From: Chrysomallon squamiferum
Taxonomy: Eukaryota > Animalia > Mollusca
Assembly (NCBI GenBank): GCA_012295275.1
Contig: CM022671.1
Span: 7,626,001-7,690,000 of the forward strand
DNA: 64,000 nucleotides
Direction of reading: 5' to 3'
The position numbers were made by a program, and so were the translations under genes. The notes below the pieces were generated by a model. That model saw nothing but the letters and a program-made list of their open reading frames with translations. It was not told the DNA's origin and searched no databases. This document shows positions 53,801-63,672 of this stretch, in pieces. How positions within the stretch are numbered: position 1 is the first letter of the stretch; each line of letters starts with the position of its first letter.

Positions 53801-55852
53801 ACACACACACACACACAGACACACACACACAGACACACACACACACAGACACAGACACACACACACACACAAGCATGCACAAACTCAAATGGAAAAAATA
53901 CCCCACATACACATGTATACTTTCATAAAATTACATTTACATTTTCAGGGGCTCAGAGCACTACCCACACTATTCACAAGAAAGTCTGACCATGATCCCC
54001 GGCGGGGCTGCAGGCTTGGGTGGGAGCCAGGCAGGGGACCATGCAGTGCCCCCGGGGCCCAAACGTCCCCGTTTGGCAGGAGACAGACCCGATCTGGCCC
54101 AGCCTCTCCACATAGACATCCGCGATGTGGAGGTGAAGCGAGAACCCACCTACAACCCCCAGGTGGAGGCCATCTCCCCCACGCTCCCACCAGAAGACAA
54201 TCCCAGCAAGACGTTCAAAGACGAGCAAGTGGCAGCCATCACGCGAGTGGAGAGGGAGATTTCACAAGTGGAACAACAGATTAAAAATCTGAAGAAAAAA
54301 CAGGTTCCTATGAAAATATTTTAACACTCTCTCATTGTCCTTTTTTTTTTTTCATTCCCCAACACAAGTAAATGGAACAGCAAATCAAAAATAAAGCTGT
54401 GCATTTTCAGATGGGCAACGGTGATAGAGTATTTGAAAATTACATTACATCCAGACTTTAAAATGAAGCTGAATGTGTTGTGTAGATTAACCACTGATAA
54501 AGCCAAATATCCGTCATAACATTTCATCCTCAAAGATGTTATCACCATGTTGTTACAACGTTTTCTTTGCATCCAGCTTAGCTTTGTCCCCGATAATTTT
54601 CAGTGTTTATATATTATTTCCACTTTTTCTTCTTCTTTTTTTTTTTTTTTTTTTAAATCAGGATAGTTTTTCAGGGAGATAATGTGTGTTTTAAATAGCC
54701 TTATTCATTAATTTTAAGTGTGTTCAAAACACAGTTTAAAAGTATTACGATTATATACTTACTCTATCACCCTATAAAGAAGTTGTATGAAATTAATTAA
54801 TAAATGAATGTTTTGAACGATACTTCAACACAAAACTATATTAGCTGTCAGGTGTCACACCGAGATGATATATGTTAAGCTGTCTGTTTATAATTTAAAT
54901 TAAGCTCAATGTAAATTTTTGTTAAGAAATAGATAGCACAATCATTAAGTTAGATAAATTAAATATGGATAAAGTCCCGCAATCATTAATTTTTTTAATT
55001 ATTATTATTATTTTTTATTTTTTATTTTTTTTTGGTTGCTTTTTGAATACCTCTGAAATGATACATAATAAGATTCTTCCATTTGTTCAAAAAATAACAT
55101 TAATTACATAGCTGAATACTGATTGGTTCTATATTACATGGTCTGTGTTAACAGAAACAGTTACAGTATCTGTAATTAAGAGTTTAAGATCAGAACTAAC
55201 ACATTACAGGATCAATCTTTGTGAGATTTTTTCTTTTGTTCTTTCCCTTTCTGTTTGTCAGAAGATCATTGTGTGCAGGGAATGCGTACTTAATTTTAAA
55301 AAATGTACGAGTATCCTATGTAATTTCATCAATAAATTTACTCTTTATATCATTATTTAAATAATGTTTGACTCCTAAAAACTGAGATATTGATAAACCT
55401 TTGTACACTCGTTTGTGACTGATACCATTCAGTTAAAGATGAAATGACTGTTAAATAATAATTCATTCACTCACTTAAACCTAATTACCAAACGATAATA
55501 ATGCATTGAAATATCTAAACCTTTATTCATTCAGTTATCCATTTATATTGACAGTTCATTTTTTTAATATCAAAATCCATTAAGGCATCATTAAACAAAT
55601 TTTCATTTATTAACCTCTTTATATTACCTAGAAGGAAATTGCTATCTAACAGAATAAAATATTTAAAGAATGGTAAATGTAGACAGTATCAGATGCAACA
55701 ATGGAATATATATGAAATTTGATTATAATAATTCTGTATAAAGCAGTTACTACAGATGCAATGAAATTCAAAATGATGACCAATTTTGGAGTCATCAGAG
55801 CTACACACTATGTTAATTCATTCTTTTAAAGAGCTTCATTTGGTTGTGCTTT

Positions 55853-55890
<38 letters not shown>

Positions 55891-58818
55891 CAGACACAGA
55901 ATATAATTTTCATATTTCTGTTTATTTTACAGCAACAGCTGGAAGACCAGCAGTCCAAGCCTCAGGAACAGAAACAGGATGCCACAGAAATGAACAATAC
56001 AGATCCCAAACCTCAGAGCATAGCACAGATCATCTATGCAGAAAACAGAGTAAGAAATGAAGTTAACTCCTGTTTCATAATTAAAATAATAATAATTAAA
56101 TTAAATTAAAAAAATTTAATCTTTGGTGTTGCATTTGTAAAGTATTCACATAAATTAAATAAAAGTAAAAAATGAATAATGCAGCATATGTAATAAAGGA
56201 ATAAATAAATAAAAATATAAAAAGTTATCAGTCTTGGGACTAAGATGCCAGTGGTGCATTGTAAGGTACTGACATTAATGATATGATACATTCAAAGAAA
56301 GTAAACAAAAAATACATAAAATACACAAGGATACTTAAGAAAGAAACTAATACAAATTTTTTTAAATATTAATCTTTGGACTACTGCTGATGGTGCATTG
56401 TGAAAGTATGGAGTTACTCACAAATAATAGTATGATGCGTTAATATCTAACATTTCTTTATTGTTTAATAAAAAGATTTATTTGGTTAATTTAATTTGTC
56501 TTGCTAATTTGAGGAGTTTTCAGGTCAATTTTTTTCTGTTAGTTTTAAGGACTTTTTAAGTTGTTTATTAATTTGAGGGTATGTTGGACCTTTGCTTTGT
56601 ACAGATCTTTTTGTGCTGTGCAAGCTTATTTGTGTTTAGGATAACTGAAACTGGTATCATTACTATTTCAAAAAGTTTGGTTATTTTTATTTTTCTCTCA
56701 CTTTTTTTTTAAATTTTATTTCTATTTTTCTCTCTCTTTTTTCATATTTTTTTCATTTTATTTTATTATTAGAATTTTTTTTAAATCTAAACCTTTGTCA
56801 TACATTTTTCTATTGTCCAAAACCTGTACTAAGAGCTACTAAATGTATGATTTAATGAAAGGATTCTATTAAACAAACTGGGGACCTGCCATTATTCTCA
56901 GCTTACCTGTCTGTCTGATAACTTTAATATAAAGTAACTCGGTTTTGTGACAGCATACAACAATAAGACCTGTATCATTTTAAAGTTTGTATTTTCTTTT
57001 TCTGAATAACTAAACATTTGAAAATGTTAATGAAAAAGAAGTGGAACAAAAAAAATGTACAGTTAATAGTTTATAGGAGATTTGGTCTTTACTTGTATGT
57101 GGTTGAAATCAGATCAGAACAGATCCTGTACCAAAAAAATAAACTTAACAATAACTGTTGCAAAAATTGTTCAGTTTGAACAAGAAAACTGGACATCATG
57201 TGTAAAGAAAAATTGTATAATTGCTAGGATAATTTTTAAATTATTTAATTTATTTATTTACTTACATATTTACTTACTTACTTACTTATTATTAATAATA
57301 ATTTTTAAATTTTTTAAACTCTTTTGCAGAAAAATATTGTTATTCTGAAAAATAAAACAGTGCACATCATTAAAGCAGATGAAATAATTATATTGATAAT
57401 GTCTTTCGTTTTTACACATAACAAAGGAAGATTTTTAATTGTTACAGAAAACAATTTACTAATAAAAATGCCTACTTTTTGAAAACAAAATGAAATGAAT
57501 AATAAAAGAAATGTGAATTATTTCAAATACAACACTCAACAGGCAAATTAATTTAAAAGTAATGAATCCAGATAAAATAATTTAATTACAATAAAAATGT
57601 TCTAAATTATTCCACCCAGTAGTCTTTAATGATTTTTAAAATGATAGTAATGATTATGTTAATTTGCATGTTAAAATGTATACAACTTAAATCAGTACAA
57701 AATAGTGAACTAACTAAATCAAATGAAAATGATTTATCATTACTTCATTACTTTTGTTCTGTAGTTTTACTTAACATATGAAACAATATCGTGTACAGTC
57801 TGTATGTATGTGTGTGTGTATGTATGTATGTATCTAACTATCCATTTATGTAGATATAGATACATATACAGATATATGGATATGTACACACACACACATA
57901 TTTCTTACTTTTCCTGTTTTAAATATTAAATGTCCACATTTTAATTACTTTCAGAAAAAGGCAGCTGATGCTCACAAGATGCTGGATACTTTGGGACCAA
58001 AAGTTGATCTGGTATTTATCATTCTCACACATTATGTTTCATTACTTTATAACTGACACTATAACAGATTAGTGACATTATAAATAAGCATTTGCAAAAC
58101 TCGAACCATATGAAACAAATTTGAAACAAAACTGCTTTCAAATTCATTTAGAGGTCATAATGTACTCCTTAGATTTTTTTTTTTTTTTATTTTTTTTTGA
58201 ATTTTCACATGATGTCAGCTAGGGTAATATTTTTCCCAGCAGTTTTGCAGATACACCAAACTTATCTCATCAGAATTAGCCAGTGAGCAGTCAGTACTGT
58301 TGATCATGGTCAAAACACACATCAAAGCTTTGTTTATACTTGTCTCTAAACCATGTGTTTACTTTTTTCACACTATTTAAAGCTGTATGTTGGTGATGCT
58401 AGTGCAGTAATTGAAGCTGGCCATCACCAATATAAAACATTAAATAGCGTTTTGAACTCACAAAATAAATTCTGTTTTTTTTTGTTTTGTTTAATTTTTT
58501 TAAAGTTTAAAACATTAATTTCACTCACCCCTAATTAAAAATATTTTGTTATTTTTATATCTGTTGTTGAAACGTTATTTATTTTATAAATGGTTTATTA
58601 CTTTATATCTATTACCATTGATGATTTACGTTGTTAATGTTTTATTAGTTGATTACTATTATAACTGATTATTTACATTATAAACATACCATTTCTTCTT
58701 GGCATTTTAAACTGAATTATTTGGGTTTTTTTAATTGTTTGATAATGACTACAGTAACTGTCATGAACATTTCAAATTTATTTTGTTCACAATATATTTT
58801 TAACAATATGTGGCATCT

Positions 58819-58859
<41 letters not shown>

Positions 58860-61800
58860 TAAATTATGTGTTGTTATTGTTATTTTGTTATTATTACTAT
58901 TGTTAATATTGTTGTTAATGTTGTTGTTATTATATTGCTGTTACTTTCTTTAATTCTTCATTATTATTACTTTTCTTACTACTGCTGTTGCTGTTATTAT
59001 TAAAATTACTATTTTGTTACTATTGTTATTGTTATTGTTGTTGATGTTATTGTTATTGTTATTGTTATTGTTATTATCTTGCAGCCTTTGTACCATCAGC
59101 CATCAGATGCTCCAGTATATCATGAAAACAAACGCAAGTAAGTATTAGATGAAATGTTTAAAAAATATGTATAAAAGATTATCCTGAAACTTTTTATTCA
59201 TTTTTCCAGTTGTTTATTTATTTTTAATTGTTTGGAGGAAGAAGGGGTTGTTGTTGTTTTTAAATTACTTGGAGTTAAATTACAATTATTTAAGAGTCTA
59301 TAAATTAATATAGTGTGTAAAATAATTTATAATTGTAATGTTTCTTTTTTTTTTTTTTTTTTTTAGGTTTGTTATTTTTCTGAAAAGGCTGTTTAAGCAT
59401 TTAAAAAAAAAAATGAAAAATGTTTTAAAAAAAATTTTTTTAATAGATTTCATTAATTTAGTTAAAAAAAACTATTTCTTTCTTTTTATAATTTATTTTT
59501 GAAAATGGGTGATTATGTATTTAAAAATGCAACCAAGCTCAACAAAATAAAAAATGAAATGATTAAATAAATAAATAAAATTTTGTTTTTTGTTTTATTT
59601 TTATTTTTTTTTTTTTTTAGATTTGAAGTATTTCAGAAAAGGCTACTTCTGCATTTGAAAAAGCGACATCAAGCCAAAAAAATAAGAGTAAGTTAAAAAT
59701 CTTTTCAGTTAACATTTTTCATACGTCATGGTTGATGTATTTGTTTCTGATTTGAAAATATGATAGTAATAACATTTTAAAATAAAAAAATATATATAAG
59801 CCTTAATGTTAACTTTATAATCATTTAGTTTCATATGTTATTACTTTCTTCATCAGTAAATAAATTATGGTTTGTTCCAGCTTAATACAGTTGAAGATAC
59901 ACCTAAATATAACTTATGTTTTTCCTTACATAAAGTAATCATAATATAAGTGGTTATCATATCTTATGTTTTTGAATAATTTATCATGTTTATATAACCT
60001 TATCATAAATTCAATGATTTCATATCCTAAATGACATAATATATTATGTGTTTACATATTTATCATGTGTATGTAATCCTACTGCAATTTAAATTAATAT
60101 ATTATCTTTATATCCTTTATTATAACTTAAACTTTTACATATTTTATTATATTGTGTAAGTTTTAATTACCATTTTCACTTACATAATCTGATGATATAT
60201 ATTACATTTAATGCATTTAGTAATATTTTTTATTGTCAGTATTTAATATGATATATTTAAATGCTGTTAAATATTTTTTACAGTAGTGTTATTTGTTGTA
60301 AGTAATATGAGTTGTCTTATTTTTAATTTTCTTGAATTTCAGGAACGATACCTCACAGAAAGATACGATCAGCTGATGCAGAGATGGTTGAAAAAAATGG
60401 AAAGGACAGAAAATAATGCTAAAAGAAAGTATGTTGAAATTCATTTATGTTTTAGCATTCAATCTTCATCCCTTTTTATTTTATTTTTATTTTTTATTTG
60501 CTATATTTATTTATTTAATTTTATTTTTTTTTTTTTTTTTTTTTATTTGCTTTTTTTAAATGGAAAGGATAGAAAAATTATAAAAGAAAGTTTGTTGATT
60601 TATTTTTTTTTTTTTTTTTTTGCTTTTTTATTTATTTATTTATTTAAAAAATGGAAAGGATTTAGAAAATTATTATTAATTATTTTTTTTTTTTCCTTTT
60701 TGAAAAAAGTGTTTGTTGAAATTCAGAAAGTTCTAGCTAATTCCTACTTTATCAATTTTTATTTTATTTTTAATTTTGATTTTATTTTTTTAATTTTTAT
60801 TTACTTTTTATTTATTTATTTTAATTTTTGTTTTTTTTAATGGAAAGGATAGAAAATAATGTTAAAAGAAAATATGTTATAATTTATTTAATTTTAGTTT
60901 TCAACATTCTTTATTTTTATTTTTATTTATTTTACATTTTATTTATTTATTTAAATATTTATTTATTTTGTTGAAAATATGGAAAGGATAGAAAAGAAAG
61001 TATGTTCAAATTCATTGAAATTCCTTTTTTTATTTTATTTTAATTTCATATATTTAATTTTAATAAATACAGCATTTTCAAAATTTGACTTTTTTTTGAC
61101 CTAAATTATACCTTTTGTATTTCTGCTTTCTTTTAATTTTAAATTAATAAATAGTTTCATTACCTGGATGTAAAGATTCAAAATTTCATTAATGGTTTAG
61201 TTTATTTTTGATTAACATATATCAAAATAGTTTCATTCAGATATATATCACCACTAAAACATATATAAATTCACTTTTCAGAGCAAAGGATGCAAAAATG
61301 CGAGAATTTTATGAGAAGATATTTCCTGAGATAAAGAAATCACGGGAAGACAAAGAAAGATTTGCTAGGTAATAAAAACCAGATTAGACAGTTTAATATG
61401 ATGATTTAATCATCCAGATGATTCCAGTCATGAAATCATTTGAGTTAGCAAAGCTAAAATGCCAGAATTCATTATAATTTAATTTGAGTTTTAAAAAAAC
61501 AACAACATAAAATCACATTATATTGAAATACATATATAAAATTAGATTTTGTTTAAAAAAACAACAAAGAAAGAGCTGATATTCACCCCTCAAAATTGTA
61601 TATGTGGATGTGCATATGTTCTGTTATGTACAGATTTCATGAATAGTGGCAGTTTATTAATTTAGTTTAAATAAACCTTTATATTGTTCTGTTTTCTTGT
61701 TAAATACATTGCAGTATATGATTATTTTTTCTTAATATACACATAAATGTTTGTGTTGTGTGTGTGTGTGTTTTGTTTTCTGATAAGTTATAAGTCCATT

Positions 61801-63672
61801 TAATTGTGCGTTTTTTTGCATGACTTCATTCTGATGTTGTCCTTTATATAGTTCAACCAAAAAATATATTCAGTTTTGTTTGTTGTTATTTCTACATGTA
61901 CTAGTTTTGTTTGTTTGTTTCGTGTTTCCCAGTAGGGTTGGTGCTAGAAGCGGCATAGGTGGATACGTCCGAAGTGATGCAGAACTTGAGCAGATCATGG
62001 ATGGTTTACATGAACAGGAGGTGAGAGAGAGTTTCTGTTACAGATATTCATTACATACATAAACAGCTGTAAAGTGGAAGGACAAAGCCAACATTTCAGA
62101 ATTGAACACCATTGCTGTCCTGTTGTGTTATTACCCCAGTTTAACTAATACTCCTTTTAATACAGTTTTATTTAATTTTTACTTCATCACAGATTCGTGT
62201 GTGTGTGTGTGTGTGTGTGGGTGTGTTTTTCTGTGTCTGTGTCTGTGTCTGTGTCTGTGGAAAGAGAGAGAGAGAAAATAATTTTAATATAATATCTGGT
62301 GATGAATATAACATTTAACTCAAACCAAAATCCTTATATGCAGAATAAATTTTCTAATACATTATTAAATTTTAACTAGGCAACCAGTGTAAACAGATAT
62401 TCTGAATACTTTATTCTCTTTACTTGTTATATCATAATTTAAAAAATAAGAATTATAATAAATTTCATTTTATTTTTCTTCAAATCATAATAAAAGACAG
62501 TGTGATCAGAACAGTAAGATTATGTATAGTTTGGACATATTTGTTTCACAGGAGGAGGACAAGAAGATGCGTAGCTATGCCGTAATACCGCCGATGATGT
62601 TGGATGCTCGACAGAGGAAGATGCGTTTCCTCAACAACAATGGCTTGATCGAGGATCCCATGGAGCAGTACAAACTAGTGCAGCAGATTAACAAGTGGAC
62701 AGATCAGGAGAAACAGATATTCAAAGAAAAACATCTACAGCATCCCAAAAATTTTGTCCTTATTGCTCAGTACTTGCCCAAAAAGGTACGAATCTCATCA
62801 CCAGTGCAAGAAATTCAAAGAAATTAAAGATTATTTTGTAGTTTATTTTAAATATTATGTTTTCTTTGGTTTGGTTGTTGTTGGGTTTTTACCCAATTGT
62901 CAGGCAGTTTTTGTTATATGGGTGTTGTTTGATTAAAATTGTTATTGTAAATACTCTTATTTTATGATTATTATTATTTTATTATCTGTTTTTGTATATA
63001 TTTTTTATTAAAGTTTATTTTCTTAGTGTTTATGTGTGTGTTTATTATTTTATTATATATTTATTTATTTACCATCAAGTTTCTAGTTATTATAAAACTT
63101 TAAGTATTGTTTATCATGTTATTTATTTATCATTATCTTGTTATCTATTATACTAACATCATGTATTTATTTGTGTTTTTTCTATCAGTCTGTACCCGAC
63201 TGTGTTCAGTTTTACTACCTCAACAAGAAGAATGAAAACTACAAACAGCTGCTGAGAAAACAGAGTATGAAGAGAAAGAGAACAATGCAGAAAACACAGG
63301 TGTGATTAAAACTCTATTGATAATATCCAGTTTACCTTCAAATAGTTTATCTCTCCATTGTAATTATAATTTTTTTTATTAATACAGTTGTTGTTTTAAA
63401 AATATAGGTGTATAGTTATTAAATAATAATAATAATATTAATAAAAAAACATGTTAATACAAATTTTAAATATTTAAAATAAGAAAGAAAACATTTTAAA
63501 ATTTTTTTTTTTTTTAAAGTAAATGTGCAGTTCATGAAGATTAGTATTTTACAAAACTAATGTAGTATTTCCTTCAGGCTCAGACTCAATCCCAGCCACA
63601 GCCACCCACTCCTTTGAAGGAGGAGCCAGGAGTCGAACCTGATCCAGAAAAGGAGGATGTCAGCAGTTCAGT
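9146..63672 (+). CDS. NCOR1: Nuclear receptor corepressor (NCoR/SMRT family), 5' part; continues beyond the window
   Basis: The spliced translation contains RRPTLLPEYH, KRPRL, the GPS2-binding coil ITRVEREISQVEQQIKNLKKKQQQLE, the TBL1-binding region SIAQIIYAENRKKAADAHKMLDTLGPKVDLPLYHQPSD, RYDQLMQRW, REFYEKIFPEI and SANT1/DAD [49 protein letters not shown]. All are diagnostic of NCOR1/NCOR2; probably a single invertebrate co-orthologue. Confidence 0.97.
9607..9700. repeat. (CA)n microsatellite
   Basis: Direct inspection. Confidence 0.92.
13686..13934. mobile_element. Non-autonomous DNA transposon (MITE), Sola2-like termini
   Basis: Perfect 24-bp TIRs GGGTCATTCCATGTCAAATCACCC (13686-13709 / 13911-13934), inner inverted segments (AAACCCGACC, CAGATTTTTATGAAACTTGGT) and a 4-bp TSD AATA on both sides. 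Confidence 0.85.
16295..16478. repeat. Inverted repeat: 62-bp arms, 1 mismatch, 60-bp spacer
   Basis: 16295-16356 is the reverse complement of 16417-16478 except for C16316/A16457. Confidence 0.92.
18647..18720 (+). CDS. Candidate alternative first coding exon of NCoR (MFPNQVCYGQPWDPRIMYNHHYWK-R)
   Basis: aaaATG context; stop-free 74 bp ending AAG|GTAGAG in phase 2 (compatible with exon 2); CpG-rich surroundings with ATTGG and TCAGT elements. Confidence 0.5.
20577..20670. repeat. (CA)n plus (TACA)n microsatellite
   Basis: Direct inspection. Confidence 0.9.
23031..23086. repeat. (AG)n microsatellite
   Basis: Direct inspection. Confidence 0.95.
24361..24517 (+). CDS. NCOR1: NCoR exon 2
   Basis: Long poly-T plus CAG acceptor; GPPPEAGSPYKRVRPTSPHHVQRPAQYQYPQEQAARYGMNPPFHVISRNPYQ; donor CAG|GTATGT; GC-rich island. 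Confidence 0.9.
24715..25090. repeat. Degenerate tandem triplication (unit about 140-180 bp)
   Basis: Three ATTCAT..GAGCATTTCAT blocks; GAAAATATTTC..ATAAAATCCAT occurs twice. Confidence 0.8.
25239..25262 (+). CDS. Candidate 24-nt NCoR microexon (REYTVPEI)
   Basis: TTCTCAG|AGAGAATACACGGTGCCTGAAATT|GTAAGG; phase 0-0; resembles recalled human NCOR1 QEFAVPDY at the equivalent position. Confidence 0.62.
25340..25975. repeat. Degenerate tandem duplication (unit about 390 bp)
   Basis: GCAAAATATATTT..AAGTCTT..GACCTTTAATAA..AGTTTCCAG..TGGGTTTAAAA..AATAATGAAAATTTT at about 25343 and again at about 25736. Confidence 0.8.
27169..27235. repeat. (AC)n microsatellite
   Basis: Direct inspection. Confidence 0.95.
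32430..33530. repeat. Highly diverged tandem array (about 6 units of 150-200 bp)
   Basis: Recurring TGATGT..ATCAA / TTTAATYTGAAA / TAAAACAA / GCTAATC motifs in the same order. Confidence 0.6.
35172..35220. repeat. (GT)n microsatellite
   Basis: Direct inspection. Confidence 0.95.
36980..37098. repeat. Near-perfect palindrome: about 55-bp arms, 8-nt loop
   Basis: 36980-37034 pairs with 37043-37098, with one homopolymer-length indel. Confidence 0.92.
38538..38594. repeat. (TA)n microsatellite
   Basis: Direct inspection. Confidence 0.95.
39151..39195. repeat. (TC)n microsatellite
   Basis: Direct inspection. Confidence 0.95.
41792..41836 (+). CDS. Candidate alternative first coding exon (MGNFMRKICEANGHI)
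   Basis: cccATGG preceded by an in-frame TGA; 45 bp phase 0 ending ATT|GTATGA, in frame with exon 3; sits at the end of a GC/CpG-elevated block. Confidence 0.33.
43380..44100. repeat. Degenerate minisatellite (unit about 55 bp) abutting the exon 3 acceptor
   Basis: Repeated TTTATCATAACTACACTAGAAATTAAAAC..TTTATTGTTG-like units. Confidence 0.75.
44127..44245 (+). CDS. NCOR1: NCoR exon 3
   Basis: QTDFRDRMQTAEFLQATTNKRRPTLLPEYHGQPGTVDRE (cf. RRRPSLLSEFHPG); donor AAG|GTAAGC; supplies the phase 0 to phase 2 change needed between exons 2 and 4. Confidence 0.93.
50835..50888. repeat. (CT)n microsatellite
   Basis: Direct inspection. Confidence 0.95.
52735..53040. repeat. Degenerate TG-rich minisatellite
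   Basis: Repeated GTATGTGTAGAGG.TAAGTG-like units. Confidence 0.65.
53795..53871. repeat. (CA)n/(CAGA) microsatellite upstream of exon 4
   Basis: Direct inspection. Confidence 0.9.
53949..54303 (+). CDS. NCOR1: NCoR exon 4 (KRPRL motif, start of GPS2-binding coil)
   Basis: GSEHYPHYSQESLTMIPGG...PKRPRL...VEAISPTLP...ITRVEREISQVEQQIKNLKKKQ. Confidence 0.95.
55933..56049 (+). CDS. NCOR1: NCoR exon 5
   Basis: QQLEDQQSKPQEQKQDATEMNNTDPKPQSIAQIIYAENR. Confidence 0.95.
56110..56440. repeat. Degenerate tandem triplication
   Basis: AATCTTTGG..TGCATT..AAGTA-like unit present three times. Confidence 0.65.
57955..58011 (+). CDS. NCOR1: NCoR exon 6
   Basis: KKAADAHKMLDTLGPKVDL; 57 bp. Confidence 0.95.
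59085..59137 (+). CDS. NCOR1: NCoR exon 7
   Basis: PLYHQPSDAPVYHENKR(K); 53 bp. Confidence 0.95.
59621..59687 (+). CDS. NCOR1: NCoR exon 8
   Basis: FEVFQKRLLLHLKKRHQAKKIR; 67 bp. Confidence 0.93.
60343..60428 (+). CDS. NCOR1: NCoR exon 9
   Basis: ERYLTERYDQLMQRWLKKMERTENNAKR(K); 86 bp. Confidence 0.95.
60558..61017 (+). repeat. Four decayed copies of the exon 9 3' end plus splice donor
   Basis: ATGGAAAGGATAGAAAA...AAGAAAGTATGTT-like copies at about 60558, 60646, 60839 and 60969. Confidence 0.85.
61282..61368 (+). CDS. NCOR1: NCoR exon 10
   Basis: AKDAKMREFYEKIFPEIKKSREDKERFA; 87 bp. Confidence 0.95.
61933..62020 (+). CDS. NCOR1: NCoR exon 11 (alternative start 61936)
   Basis: (S)RVGARSGIGGYVRSDAELEQIMDGLHEQE; tandem CAG-TAG acceptor. 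Confidence 0.93.
62552..62785 (+). CDS. NCOR1: NCoR exon 12 (DAD/SANT1 N-terminal part)
   Basis: EEDKKMRSYAVIPPMMLDARQRKMRFLNNNGLIEDPM...[30 protein letters not shown]; 234 bp. Confidence 0.97.
63189..63299 (+). CDS. NCOR1: NCoR exon 13 (SANT1 C-terminal part)
   Basis: [37 protein letters not shown]. Confidence 0.96.
63578..63672 (+). CDS. NCOR1: NCoR exon 14 (3' boundary at 63670 or 63672)
   Basis: AQTQSQPQPPTPLKEEPGVEPDPEKEDVSSS; CAG acceptor; overlapping donors GTGTAT/GTATGT; contains an LKEE SUMO consensus. Confidence 0.82.

Noticed and set aside
53727-54284. 185-aa ORF, plus antisense ORFs 53945..54228, overlapping NCoR exon 4
   Set aside because: The N-terminal part is translated (CA)n microsatellite and the rest is an alternative frame of a GC-rich exon; only the MIPGG...KKKQ frame shows homology
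60286-60840. 184-aa hydrophobic ORF
   Set aside because: Only 60343-60428 is exon; the remainder is poly-T intron giving F/L/I-rich pseudo-transmembrane text
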